This document shows, one piece after another, positions 20,202-28,958 of a stretch of 64,000 bases of DNA. The DNA is from Candidatus Saccharibacteria bacterium CPR2 (GTDB lineage Bacteria; Patescibacteriota; Saccharimonadia; Saccharimonadales; QWHN01): NCBI GenBank assembly GCA_021404905.1, contig QWHN01000001.1:325275-389274 (forward strand). Reading direction: 5' to 3'. Position 1 is the stretch's first letter. Each line of letters starts with the position of its first letter. Position numbers and translations under genes: made by a program. A model generated the notes under the pieces. That model was not told the origin of the DNA. It worked only from the letters and a program-made list of their open reading frames with translations, and did no database searches.

Positions 20202-20482
20202 CTTTCCATAACGTTTGTTATGGGAGATAACAAAAAACCAATTATATTATCGTGAAGTCCCAGAATCAAAAAAACTCCATAAAGTGATACCAAGATGCCC
20301 AGTAGTTGGAATGCAATGTAAGTTGCCCCTGAACCAAAATTGCGCTCAAACCAGTTATTGTGACTAAACATATTTGAAATTTGATAGTTGAACTTCAACA
20401 TCGCGATTCCAGCAACAACTAAAATCAAACCGAAGAATATATTAACAATCATTGTGATTATGATTGTAACAATAAATAACAC
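20198..20482 (-). CDS. Possible small membrane protein encoded antisense between 16S and tRNA-Ala
   Basis: 94-aa ORF with about three hydrophobic helices, a GTG start and no obvious SD. The T-rich strand composition could mimic hydrophobic coding. Confidence 0.35.
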   Translation of the reverse strand: MLFIVTIIITMIVNIFFGLILVVAGIAMLKFNYQISNMFSHNNWFERNFGSGATYIAFQLLGILVSLYGVFLILGLHDNIIGFLLSPITNVMER

Positions 20483-20511
20483 TTGTTTTAAGAGGATTTA
20501 TTAATTAGAAT
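20483..20511 (+). promoter_or_regulatory. Candidate promoter for tRNA-Ala
   Basis: TTGTTT - 17 nt - TAGAAT, ending 13 nt before the tRNA 5' end. Confidence 0.45.
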
Positions 20512-20524
20512 GGGCCAGAGTTTA

Positions 20525-20601
20525 GGGGCATTAGCTCAGTTGGCTAGAGCGCCTGCTTTGCAAGCAGGAGGTCCAGGGTTCGAATCCCTGATGCTCCACC
20601 A
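20525..20601 (+). tRNA. tRNA-Ala (anticodon UGC)
   Basis: Acceptor GGGGCAT/ATGCTCC with the G3-U70 identity pair, anticodon loop TTTGCAA, T-loop TTCGAAT, encoded CCA. Confidence 0.93.
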
Positions 20602-20773
20602 CCACGTCGGAGCAAGCTATCAACTTGCGATAACGCAATAACATCTTTGATTTTATTGCGTGTCTCCGGCTTTTTGCTCCTCCCTTCAAATTTACAAATA
20701 GTTTTGCTTGGTTTGTAAATTTGGATTGTTCTCTCTACAAATGCACATTAATAATCTGTCGAATCCAATTGGA

Positions 20774-20808
20774 GGGTGATTAGCTCAGCAGTTAGAGCGC
20801 GTCACTGG
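20774..20808 (+). pseudogene. tRNA 5'-half-like fragment (acceptor, D-arm, start of anticodon stem)
   Basis: GGGTGAT TA GCTC AGCAGTTA GAGC G CGTCA CTGG, with no matching 3' half adjacent. The acceptor strand can pair with GTCGCCC at 21089-21095. Confidence 0.5.
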
Positions 20809-20843
20809 AAATGCAGTTTAACAACGCGTTAAATATTTTTGAA

Positions 20844-20920
20844 GGGCCTGTAGCTCAGTGGCCTAGAGCGCTTCACTGATAATGAAGAGGTCCCTGGTTC
20901 AAATCCAGGCAGGCCCACCA
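20844..20920 (+). tRNA. tRNA-Ile (anticodon GAU)
   Basis: Perfect cloverleaf: GGGCCTG/CAGGCCC, anticodon stem CTTCA/TGAAG, loop CTGATAA, T-arm CCTGG-TTCAAAT-CCAGG, encoded CCA. Confidence 0.93.
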
Positions 20921-20963
20921 AAAATATTTAACCTCCTTGATTTCAAGTGAACGGAGTGGACGT

Positions 20964-21005
20964 CTAATGAAGAGGTCCCTGGTTCAAGTCCTGGCAAGCC
21001 CACCA
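20964..21005 (+). pseudogene. tRNA-Ile 3'-half-like fragment
   Basis: CTAATGAAGAGGTCCCTGGTTCAAGTCCTGGCAAGCCCACCA is nearly identical to the 3' half of tRNA-Ile. The T stem has a U-U mismatch and there is no 5' half. Confidence 0.6.
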
Positions 21006-21023
21006 ACTGAGCTTGATTCAATA

Positions 21024-21099
21024 CATAAGAGGTCCGTGGTTCATCCCGTTAGAAAACAAATTCGTTTCTAACGGGATTCAAATCCTGGGTCGCCCACCA
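21024..21099 (+). pseudogene. Second tRNA 3'-half-like fragment with a 33-nt hairpin inserted in the T-loop
   Basis: CATAAGAGGTCCGTGGTTCA [TCCCGTTAGAAAACAAATTCGTTTCTAACGGGA] TTCAAATCCTGGGTCGCCCACCA. TTCA is duplicated on both sides of the hairpin (21040-21043 and 21077-21080). Confidence 0.55.
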
Positions 21100-21185
21100 A
21101 ACAAGTACAAACTTTGAGTTTATAGTGATAACTATTAAGTTTCTGTCCATCTTCATTGTAATAAATACATTAGCTCAAATAACAC

Positions 21186-21215
21186 TTTACAAACAGTTAA
21201 AGTATTTGCTACAAT
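21186..21215 (+). promoter_or_regulatory. Candidate promoter upstream of 23S rRNA
   Basis: TTTACA - 18 nt - TACAAT, about 270 nt upstream of 23S. Confidence 0.45.
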
Positions 21216-21773
21216 CTGTTTGGTCTTAAATAGGAGACTCAGATAAATGAGTACCAGATTCAACACTAAGGAGGCGACAAGCTAAGTCTTCAAGTTTGTA
21301 AGTACTTATTTGCCAAGTCGCCGCTAGAGGCGATTTTTTATTCTCTATTTAGGAAGATACGTTAACAATTTAGGTCTTTTTAGCAGCTTTTTAATAAAAG
21401 CTGCATGTGTGCATACGGCAAGTGTTTTGGTAATTACCAATCACTAGTCAAACCATCCCGATGCAAATCGGGACAATGCATAAAAAGTTACTCAAGGGCA
21501 CGTGAGGGATGCCTTGACGTAAGATACCGATGAAGGACGTAGCAGTCTGCGATAAGCCTCGGCGAGCTGACAAGCAAGCTTTGAGCCGGGGATTTCCGAA
21601 TGGGGAAACCTAAGACGAGTCATGTCGTCTTGCAGTTACCTGAATATATAGGGTAATTAGTGGGAACTGCCCGAATTGAAACATCTTAGTAGGGCAAGGA
21701 AAAGAAAGTAATAACGATTCTCGGAGTAGTGGCGAACGAAACGGGAATAGCCCAAACCTAGTTTTGCTTTCAA

Positions 21774-21893
21774 GATGGCGCTTCGCATAAGAACTTTCAA
21801 GCAAAACAGTTATCAAATATCATTTTTCAGTTTTCATTGATTAAAAACTGATAACTCATTGAAATTTGGTAATTGAAAATTGAAAATTCTTGT
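21774..21893 (+). repeat. Family-1-like AT-rich hairpin insertion in 23S domain I
   Basis: GCG-CTT-CGC clamp, then a long hairpin AAGAACTTTCAAG...TTTTCAGTTTTCA / TTGAAAATTGAAAATTCTT. Part of about 330 nt of extra sequence between 21760 and 22185. Confidence 0.65.
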
Positions 21894-22265
21894 GTGAGGT
21901 GCCGCTTGGATAAGGCGGCAGCCGAATGCAAGCTGGGGGTTGTGAGTTACCAAATGACCAATCCCGACTGGCCATATAATGGCACGTCGGGATTGCGAAA
22001 GAGATCTGCCAAATCTCTTCTAAGGTAAGAAAATTGCTATGCTAGCAGAAGTATTTGGAAAGATACGCCAAAGAAAGTGATAGCCTTGTACGCGAAAGCT
22101 TAGCAAACCTTATATTTGGTAGAAACCAACTTGTTGGTTTCGATAAATATCCAAGCCAAAACTTGGATATTTATTTACTCGAGTAGGTCGGGACACGGGA
22201 AACCCTGACTGAATCTGGGAGGACCACCTTCCAAGGCTAAATATATCTTACGATCGATAGTGAAT

Positions 22266-22297
<32 letters not shown>

Positions 22298-22348
22298 GGG
22301 AGGGGAGTGAAATAGAACCTGAAATCACGTGCCTACAAGGAGTCGGAG

Positions 22349-22446
22349 CTTGTGCGAAGCACAAGAATTTTCAAAGACCAATTTTCAATTTTCAAACAAA
22401 TGAAAACTGAGAACTGGAAACTGGAAATTCTCGCGCTTTGCGCGAG
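22349..22446 (+). repeat. Family-1 module replacing the tip of 23S helix 25
   Basis: 98 nt: CTTGTGC-GAA-GCACAAG, AATTTTCAAAGACCAATTTTCAATTTTCAAAC...GAAAACTGAGAACTGGAAACTGGAAATT, then CTCGCGC-TTT-GCGCGAG. Lies between GGAGTCGGAG and TGACGGCGTGC. Confidence 0.85.
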
Positions 22447-22547
22447 TGACGGCGTGCTTTTTGTAGAACGATCCAGCGAGTTAATTTATATGGCAAGGTT
22501 AAGCTATTTAGCGGAGCCGTAGTGAAAGCGAGCCTTAATAGGGCGTA

Positions 22548-22682
22548 GTGCGTCTCACTGGCGCGAGACTTTAGAATCTAGACCATGGAAGATTGAAGTT
22601 AGAATAAAAGGAAATTTATTTAATTCTAATTTCTACGGTCCAATTTCTGAATTCTAGAGCGACTCGCGTGAGTGAGGCGCAT
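22548..22682 (+). repeat. Family-2 module in 23S domain II (about E. coli position 636)
   Basis: GC clamps GTGCGTCTCACTGGCGCGAGAC / CGACTCGCGTGAGTGAGGCGCA enclose an AT-rich arm homologous to 16S 18267-18410. Confidence 0.8.
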
Positions 22683-23194
22683 ACAGTCATATGGATTAGA
22701 CCCGAAACCGAGTGACCTAACCATGGGCAGGTTGAAGTGCCGGTAACACGGCATGGAGGACCGCACCAGGGAGTGTTGCAAAACTCTTGGATGACCTGTG
22801 GTTAGCGGTGAAATGCCAATCGAACTCGGCAATAGCTGGTTCTCCTCGAAATAGCTTTAGGGCTAGCGTTGTGTTTGCAGCATGTGGAGGTAGAGCTCTG
22901 TTTAGGACTGGGGCCCGCAAGGGTACCCACCCTTGACAAACTACGAATACCATATGTGAAGTCACAGCAGTTAGAATCTCGGCGCTAAGGTCGGGACTCA
23001 AAAGGGAAACAGCCCAGACCATCATCTAAGGTCCCAAAATTTACGCTAAGTGGGAAACGAGGTGAGATCACTTAGACAGCGAGGATGTTGGCTTAGAAGC
23101 AGCCATTCATTTAAAGAGTGCGTAACAGCTCACTCGTCAAGCGATCTTGCGCGGAAAATGTAACGGGGCTCAAGCGTAATACCGAAGATATGGA

Positions 23195-23292
23195 CTTGCG
23201 CACTGCGCAAGAATTTTCAAAGACCAATTTTCAATTTTCAAACGTTTGGAAACTGAGAACTGGAAACTGGAAATTCTCGCGCACTGCGCGAG
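23195..23292 (+). repeat. Family-1 module replacing the tip of 23S helix 45
   Basis: 98 nt. The central 64 nt is identical to 22366-22429 at 60 of 64 positions. The GC clamps show a compensatory change (CTTGCGC/GCGCAAG versus CTTGTGC/GCACAAG). Confidence 0.85.
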
Positions 23293-23588
23293 TGGTAGAG
23301 GAGCGTTCCTCGCAGCACTGAAGTCGAATTGTGAGATTCGGTGGAGCGCGGGGAAGTGAGAATGCTGGAATGAGTAACTTCAACTCCGATGAGAATTCGG
23401 AGCGCCGAAAGAGCAAGGTTTCCTGGGCTATGGTAATCATCCCAGGGTTAGTCGGTCCTAAGTCGAGGCGGAATAGCGTAGACGATGGACAACGGGTTAA
23501 TATTCCCGTACTAGTTATATTTTGTTACTAGGGTGCGCGGCATGGTAGCCGGAGCGGTCTTATGGCTATGACCGTCTAAGTGTTTAGT

Positions 23589-23705
23589 GTACCTCACTCG
23601 CGTGAGGATGCAGAGGCTGGATTCTTGATTCTAGATTCTGGAGAAAAAACTCCTAACATCTAGCATCTAACTTCTAGAATCTGCACGTCGTGTGAGTGAG
23701 GTGCA
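23589..23705 (+). repeat. Family-2-like module in 23S domain III
   Basis: Clamps GTACCTCACTCGCGTGAGG / CGTCGTGTGAGTGAGGTGC enclose TCTAGA/TTCTAA-type repeats. CTAGCATCTAAC is also present in the 16S leader (about 18031). Confidence 0.65.
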
Positions 23706-24080
23706 TGATGCACGAATGAAACTGCCTTTTCAGGCGGAATTCTGGTAACCCAAGCTGACCAGAAAAGCCCTGTAGCTTATGAATATAACTATCCGTACCG
23801 CAAACCAACACAGGTGCTCAGGTCGAGTAGACCAAGGCGTACGAGAGAACCTTCGTTAAGGAACTCGGCAACAAAAGCGGCCGTAACTTAGGGATAAGGC
23901 CTTCCCGATTTGATCGGGACGCAGTGAAAGAGCCCAAGCGACTGTTTAGCAAAAACACAGGTCTCTGCTAACACGAAAGTGGATGTATAGGGACTGACAC
24001 CTGCCCGGTGCCGGAAGGTTAAGGGGAGTGGTTCACGCCACGAACTGAAGCCCCGGTGAACGGCGGCGGTAACTATAACC

Positions 24081-24129
<49 letters not shown>

Positions 24130-24626
24130 TGGTGTAACGATTTGGGCACTGTCTCAACGAAGGACTCGGTGAAAGTGCATTGGCGGTAAAGATGCCGTCT
24201 GTCCGCACCAGGACGAAAAGACCCCGTGGAGCTTTACTACAGCTTGACATTGTGTCGAGTTGTAACATGTGTAGGATAGGTGGGAGACTTTGAAGTCCCG
24301 ACGCTAGTCGGGATGGAGTCACCGGTGAAATACCACCCTTGTTGCAACTTTACTCTAATCCCGACCGCAATGAGTTGATAATTATATATTGTCGATTTAT
24401 TCCGGTCGGGAGACCGTGTCTGGCGGGTAGTTTAACTGGGGCGGTTGCCTCCTAAAGAGTAGCGGAGGCGTTCAAAGGTTGGCTAGCTACGGATGGAAAT
24501 CGTAGTGATAGTATAAACGCATAAGCCAGCTTGACTGCGAGGCCTACAAGCCAAGCAGGCACGAAAGTGGGAGTTAGTGATCCGTCGTTAGTACTTTTAG
24601 TACATGAAAGTGGGATTGACGACGCA

Positions 24627-24659
<33 letters not shown>

Positions 24660-24691
24660 TATAGCGCCCAATAGTTCACATAGACGGCGCT

Positions 24692-24726
<35 letters not shown>

Positions 24727-24740
24727 AGGGGGAGCACCTT

Positions 24741-24807
<67 letters not shown>

Positions 24808-25019
24808 TTATATCCGGTGTGGACGTTAGGAAACTTGAGGAGAGCTATCCTTAGTACGAGAGGACCAGGATGGACGAACCTCTGGTGTATCAGTTGTCGC
24901 GCCAGCGGCATTGCTGAGTAGCTATGTTCGGAAACGATAAGCGCTGAAAGCATCTCAAGCGCGAAGCGTACTCCAAGATTAGGTTTCCCTACGAGACCCC
25001 TGAAAGACGATCAGGTTGA

Positions 25020-25125
25020 CCCATGCGATAAACTCAGGGTCACTCCTTAGTGATTCGCAACATGGTCAGCTCTTCGGTCAGCTTAGGTTTGATTTTGGTC
25101 AACCCTGAGCGAAGTCGAAGGGTGA
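25020..25125 (+). other. Insertion of about 106 nt near the 23S 3' end
   Basis: Splits the conserved GTTGA|TAGGC. Flanked by GTTGA (25015-25019) and GGTGA (25121-25125). Internal stem ACTCAGGGT / ACCCTGAG. Confidence 0.7.
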
Positions 25126-25645
25126 TAGGCGCACGGTGTAAGCACGGTAACGTGTTGAGCTTAAGCGTACTAATAGGTCCATTGACTTTTTATGCACCTA
25201 AACAAGCACACCGCATCAACTGTTTGCAAACACAGTTTGCAATACCTTGATGCTTCTGACGCGCTACTACGTCAGCAAGTCCAGTACTTGGTTCGCTGTA
25301 TTCTTGATACAGCTTCACCAATTGCTTCCTTGCTTTCTTGTATTGCATCCAGATGTGATTGTTTAGGACTACAATGGTTTTTGACTAGTGATTGGTGCAT
25401 ACCAGGCGTCGCTTATGCGGCGCAGTAACTAGGAACTACAAGATAGGAACTAGTATAGGTTAGCACCCGAGAAGCACACAATAAAAATGAATCTAGTTCA
25501 TTTAGAAGCTCGAAGCTAGAAGTTAGAATCTGGCGAATAGCACATTAAAACAAACGAGCACCGTAAATGGGCATCGACCAGCCGCTTTAGTTTGAAAATT
25601 GATTCGCTACAAAGCGAATGAAAATTGAAAACTGGAGCGAAGCGA

Positions 25646-25756
25646 CCTCGGTGCCCATAGCGTAGGGGAAACACCTGTTACCATGCCGAACACAGAAGTT
25701 AAGCCCTACAGCGGCGATGATACTGCCCTGCGGGAAAGTAGCACGGCGCCGAATTT
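25646..25756 (+). rRNA. rrf: 5S rRNA
   Basis: CCATGCCGAACACAGAAGTTAAGC core. Terminal helix TCGGTGCC / GGCGCCGA. Lies about 455 nt after 23S. Confidence 0.9.
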
Positions 25757-25764
25757 TACAGAAG

Positions 25765-25790
25765 CCCTCTGAAAGGAGGGTTTTTGTTTT
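25765..25790 (+). terminator. Intrinsic terminator after 5S
   Basis: CCCTCT-GAAA-GGAGGG followed by TTTTTGTTTT. Confidence 0.8.
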
Positions 25791-26065
25791 CTTCGAAAAG
25801 AGTTTCGCGGTCGCCCCAGAGCGACCTATGCGCCATACTTTTGTCTACAGCAACAAAAGGGGCCTCCACAAAGAAAGGATTCTTTGTGGGGTGTTAGTGT
25901 ATGCAAAAATGCCGCCCCAGCTCGAAAAACTGCTTTTATCTTAGCTTCACTAAAAACTTACTAAACTTGCGGAACTCTCCGCTGCATAGCGGATCAAACA
26001 GTCCTCAGTTTAATCAGTTTTAGCTTGCTTCAATAAAAGTGTCTTCGAGAGGGGAAAATAGCAAT

Positions 26066-26422
26066 TTATGTTGTAGTAGTGCGATGTTTAGTGATTTTGG
26101 ATATCAAATCGTAGGGGATTGGCTGGTCAAGCGGGAAGCGGACAGTGCCTTTGGATGTTGCGTAAGACATCAGATCATTTTTAAAAGTGCTTATGGCTTC
26201 TGAACCGGGATAAAAGCCAATATGCGCCTTATAGGCGCTAAAATGAACCAGGTTTTTACCATTCAATGTAAAAGTCGGAATACCGTAACTGATTTTTTCT
26301 TTGGCGTTTGGGGCAACTTTCAATATAGTTTGCCTGATTTTTTGTAAAATAGCTTGAACCTCTTCTGGGTAAAGAGATATGAATTCATCTATTGTGTTTG
26401 GTTTAAAATCTTCTTGTTTCAT
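26066..26422 (-). CDS. DUF1801 (YdhG-like) domain protein
   Basis: MKQEDFKPNTIDEFISLYPEEVQ...ISYGIPTFTLNGKNLVHFSAYKAHIGFYP. I prefer the start at M36 of the listed ORF. Confidence 0.75.
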   Translation of the reverse strand: MKQEDFKPNTIDEFISLYPEEVQAILQKIRQTILKVAPNAKEKISYGIPTFTLNGKNLVHFSAYKAHIGFYPGSEAISTFKNDLMSYATSKGTVRFPLDQPIPYDLISKITKHRTTTT

Positions 26423-26558
26423 TGCGAAAATTATACATGCAAAAGGGAAGTAACAACGATAATTTATGGGGGACAATATTATAATGAATATGTAAACATT
26501 GACATAAACGGTATGACGTGATAGCATATAAACATTAACGAAAAGGGTGGAGAAAGGG

Positions 26559-26762
26559 ATGGAACATATGGCTGGTACTAAAGCTGGTGGTCAGCGTGCA
26601 GCTGATACAAACCGAAAGCGCCATGGTGCTGACTTCTACGCCCGAATTGGCGCAGTTGGCGGCAAAAAAGGCCGAACAGGTGGCTTCTATGCTAACCGTG
26701 AATTGGCTCGCGAAGCTGGTGCTAAAGGCGGCCGCATAAGCCGACGCCGAAAAAGCGCCTAA
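26559..26762 (+). CDS. KGG-repeat general stress protein-like
   Basis: GGKKGRTGGF...AREAGAKGG motifs. GGAG Shine-Dalgarno sits 8 nt before ATG 26559. Locally GC-rich. Confidence 0.7.
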   Translation: MEHMAGTKAGGQRAADTNRKRHGADFYARIGAVGGKKGRTGGFYANRELAREAGAKGGRISRRRKSA

Positions 26763-26935
26763 TAAGTAAGAAATGGACCTTATTTATTTCGAGAGTTAAC
26801 GAAGAGAGCAAACAGAGTTCAAGCTGGAATGTGTTTGTTCTCTTTTTTGTTTCCTAATTTTAGACACAGTGATACGTTACGCCACGCAGTAGTATAGGGT
26901 GGTTATAAATTAAAAAAGCAGTGGTCTTAGATGAT

Positions 26936-27391
26936 TCATCCTTTGATCTTTTGTTTTTTACAGAGCTGGGAGCTTGAAACTTCCCACGCGCAATTACAAT
27001 TTAAGCAAGAATATGTAAATCTGGCGGAACAGGGGTTGGTAAAGCCGCACTCCGGGCATGTGCTGCGCCGTTTTAACCAATCTCTATAGCTGTCCAAGCA
27101 CGACTGAATATGATCATCATCTATTTCAACATTGAGCTCTTTGCCAATTTTTCTTGCTTTTTGCCATGCTTCCATCTCAAGCTTTAATAGCTCAATGTCC
27201 CTGTTAAAATCCGAGTGATTTAAAGTAGCGTGTCCAATCTCATGCAAAAGTGACCAGGCTCCGCTAGAAGAATTAAGAGCAGTCTTTGAATAGTAAACCG
27301 TTCTTTCAGAGGGCGACCACATGAATGATTTACCACTTTTAAAACCTATCGAAGAATATTTTTTCTCTAGTTTGCTGAGCAAAGCGTTCAT
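26936..27391 (-). CDS. HEXXH metallopeptidase-like protein with C-terminal zinc ribbon
   Basis: LLHEIGHATLNH motif. Cysteine pairs CPECG...CLNCNC near the C-terminus. Confidence 0.6.
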   Translation of the reverse strand: MNALLSKLEKKYSSIGFKSGKSFMWSPSERTVYYSKTALNSSSGAWSLLHEIGHATLNHSDFNRDIELLKLEMEAWQKARKIGKELNVEIDDDHIQSCLDSYRDWLKRRSTCPECGFTNPCSARFTYSCLNCNCAWEVSSSQLCKKQKIKG

Positions 27392-28228
27392 TTACTTGCC
27401 TAAATGTTGGTCTATCGCTATCTTGCAGCCATATAAAACTGCTTGTTCGGGATGTTTAGCCTGATACAGTTTTGGTATGGAGCGTCCCAAAAACTCTACC
27501 GCTGAGTGCTTGGCTAGATACTTTTTCAAATAAGGTTCAAATTTAGCTAGATGCGTGCCTATTCCTCCACCTATCACGATAGCATCTGGCACAAGCAGCG
27601 CCATTATATTGCCAATCCCTAGACTGAGGTTGTGGGCAATTTCGTCCCAAGCAGGATCTCCTTCAGGGATTTCATAACCAAATTTACTGTAATGCTCCTT
27701 AATGGCTTTGCCGGAAGCAAAACTTTCCCAAGTTTGCAGCTTTCCATCATGTAGAAACATCATGTGGCCGCCTTCACTTTTGGCGAAGTGCTTGTCTATC
27801 ATTCCATCTAAGACAATAGCCGTGCCTATCCCTGTACTTATTGTTATATAAACAACAGCATAAGGAGCGGGACTGATTGATTTTCTGAGTTCGCTAGCTT
27901 CAGCCAAACCTGCCATGTTTGCGTCGTTATCTATTAATACCGGAAGATTAATAGATTTTTTTATAGTTTTGACAAGAGGTACATCTCTCCAAGGCAAGTT
28001 GCCAAAAACTTCACCTGTACCTTTTTGATAATTCACAATTCCCGGCACACCCACACCAACGGCTTTTAGATTACTATCTCTAAGCTTGTTTACGCTTGTG
28101 ATTAAATTCCTAGAGAAAACATCGTAATTTTTGTCGGTCGGGAACTTATCAGAGCTGATGATAGACCCGGATTCGTCCAACATAGCAACGAGTGTTTTTG
28201 TGCCCCCAATATCAATCGCCAAATACAT
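27392..28228 (-). CDS. ROK family sugar kinase (glucokinase-like)
   Basis: N-terminal AIDIGGTKT, DNDANMAGLAE, and an overall ROK pattern. 278 aa. Confidence 0.85.
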   Translation of the reverse strand: MYLAIDIGGTKTLVAMLDESGSIISSDKFPTDKNYDVFSRNLITSVNKLRDSNLKAVGVGVPGIVNYQKGTGEVFGNLPWRDVPLVKTIKKSINLPVLIDNDANMAGLAEASELRKSISPAPYAVVYITISTGIGTAIVLDGMIDKHFAKSEGGHMMFLHDGKLQTWESFASGKAIKEHYSKFGYEIPEGDPAWDEIAHNLSLGIGNIMALLVPDAIVIGGGIGTHLAKFEPYLKKYLAKHSAVEFLGRSIPKLYQAKHPEQAVLYGCKIAIDQHLGK

Positions 28229-28366
28229 ATTAACTAAATATTACCATAGATATTGCTTGGTATATTGATAAAAAGTAAGTAAGCATAAGCGTTGTTATAA
28301 CAGAGCCTTTGTTTTATGCAAAATTTCTTGTATTATAAAAATTAGATTGAATAAACGAGATAATGT

Positions 28367-28846
28367 ATGTACGGAGATAAAAAATCACTAATAATATATG
28401 TTATTCGAGCAATGATTATATTTATAGTTTTAGCTGGAATTGTTGTTTTAATAGTTGCAACAGTAAGAATCGCTACAAAAGACAATAATTCAGGCAGTCC
28501 TGAGCAAACAACGAGCGAACAAGTTCAGCAAGACCAGAGCGGTGAATCAGTAAATGAGCAACAACCTGCCACTCCAGCACCAAGTGAAACCACTCAAGTT
28601 GAACAAACTCCTCAAAATGAAATTACGTCACAACCTCAACAACCTCAGCAAGCTGAAGAGCAAGTTGCGCAAACCGAAACCACTCAATCACAACCCGTTA
28701 CTGGTGGAGGTGAAGATTTACCCGAAACTGGAAATAACACTTTTGCATTATTGTTTATGATACTTGCCTCAATCGCTAGCCTATATTACCTTAGATCAAA
28801 GAAAAATCTTCTTGAAACTCTAGGCTCCACTCGAATTAATAAATAA
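28367..28846 (+). CDS. LPXTG-anchored Q/T/P-rich surface protein
   Basis: N-terminal TM, low-complexity QPQQPQQ region, LPETG, then a hydrophobic helix and RSKKN tail. Confidence 0.7.
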   Translation: MYGDKKSLIIYVIRAMIIFIVLAGIVVLIVATVRIATKDNNSGSPEQTTSEQVQQDQSGESVNEQQPATPAPSETTQVEQTPQNEITSQPQQPQQAEEQVAQTETTQSQPVTGGGEDLPETGNNTFALLFMILASIASLYYLRSKKNLLETLGSTRINK

Positions 28847-28958
28847 CGTTAATCCACCTCTTTACTTTTACTTGGATATCAGGTTAAATAAACAGTAACC
28901 AAAAACGCACTTTATGAAGTGTGCAGGCGGAAAATTTTGAAAGGAGCAATTGCTTTAT

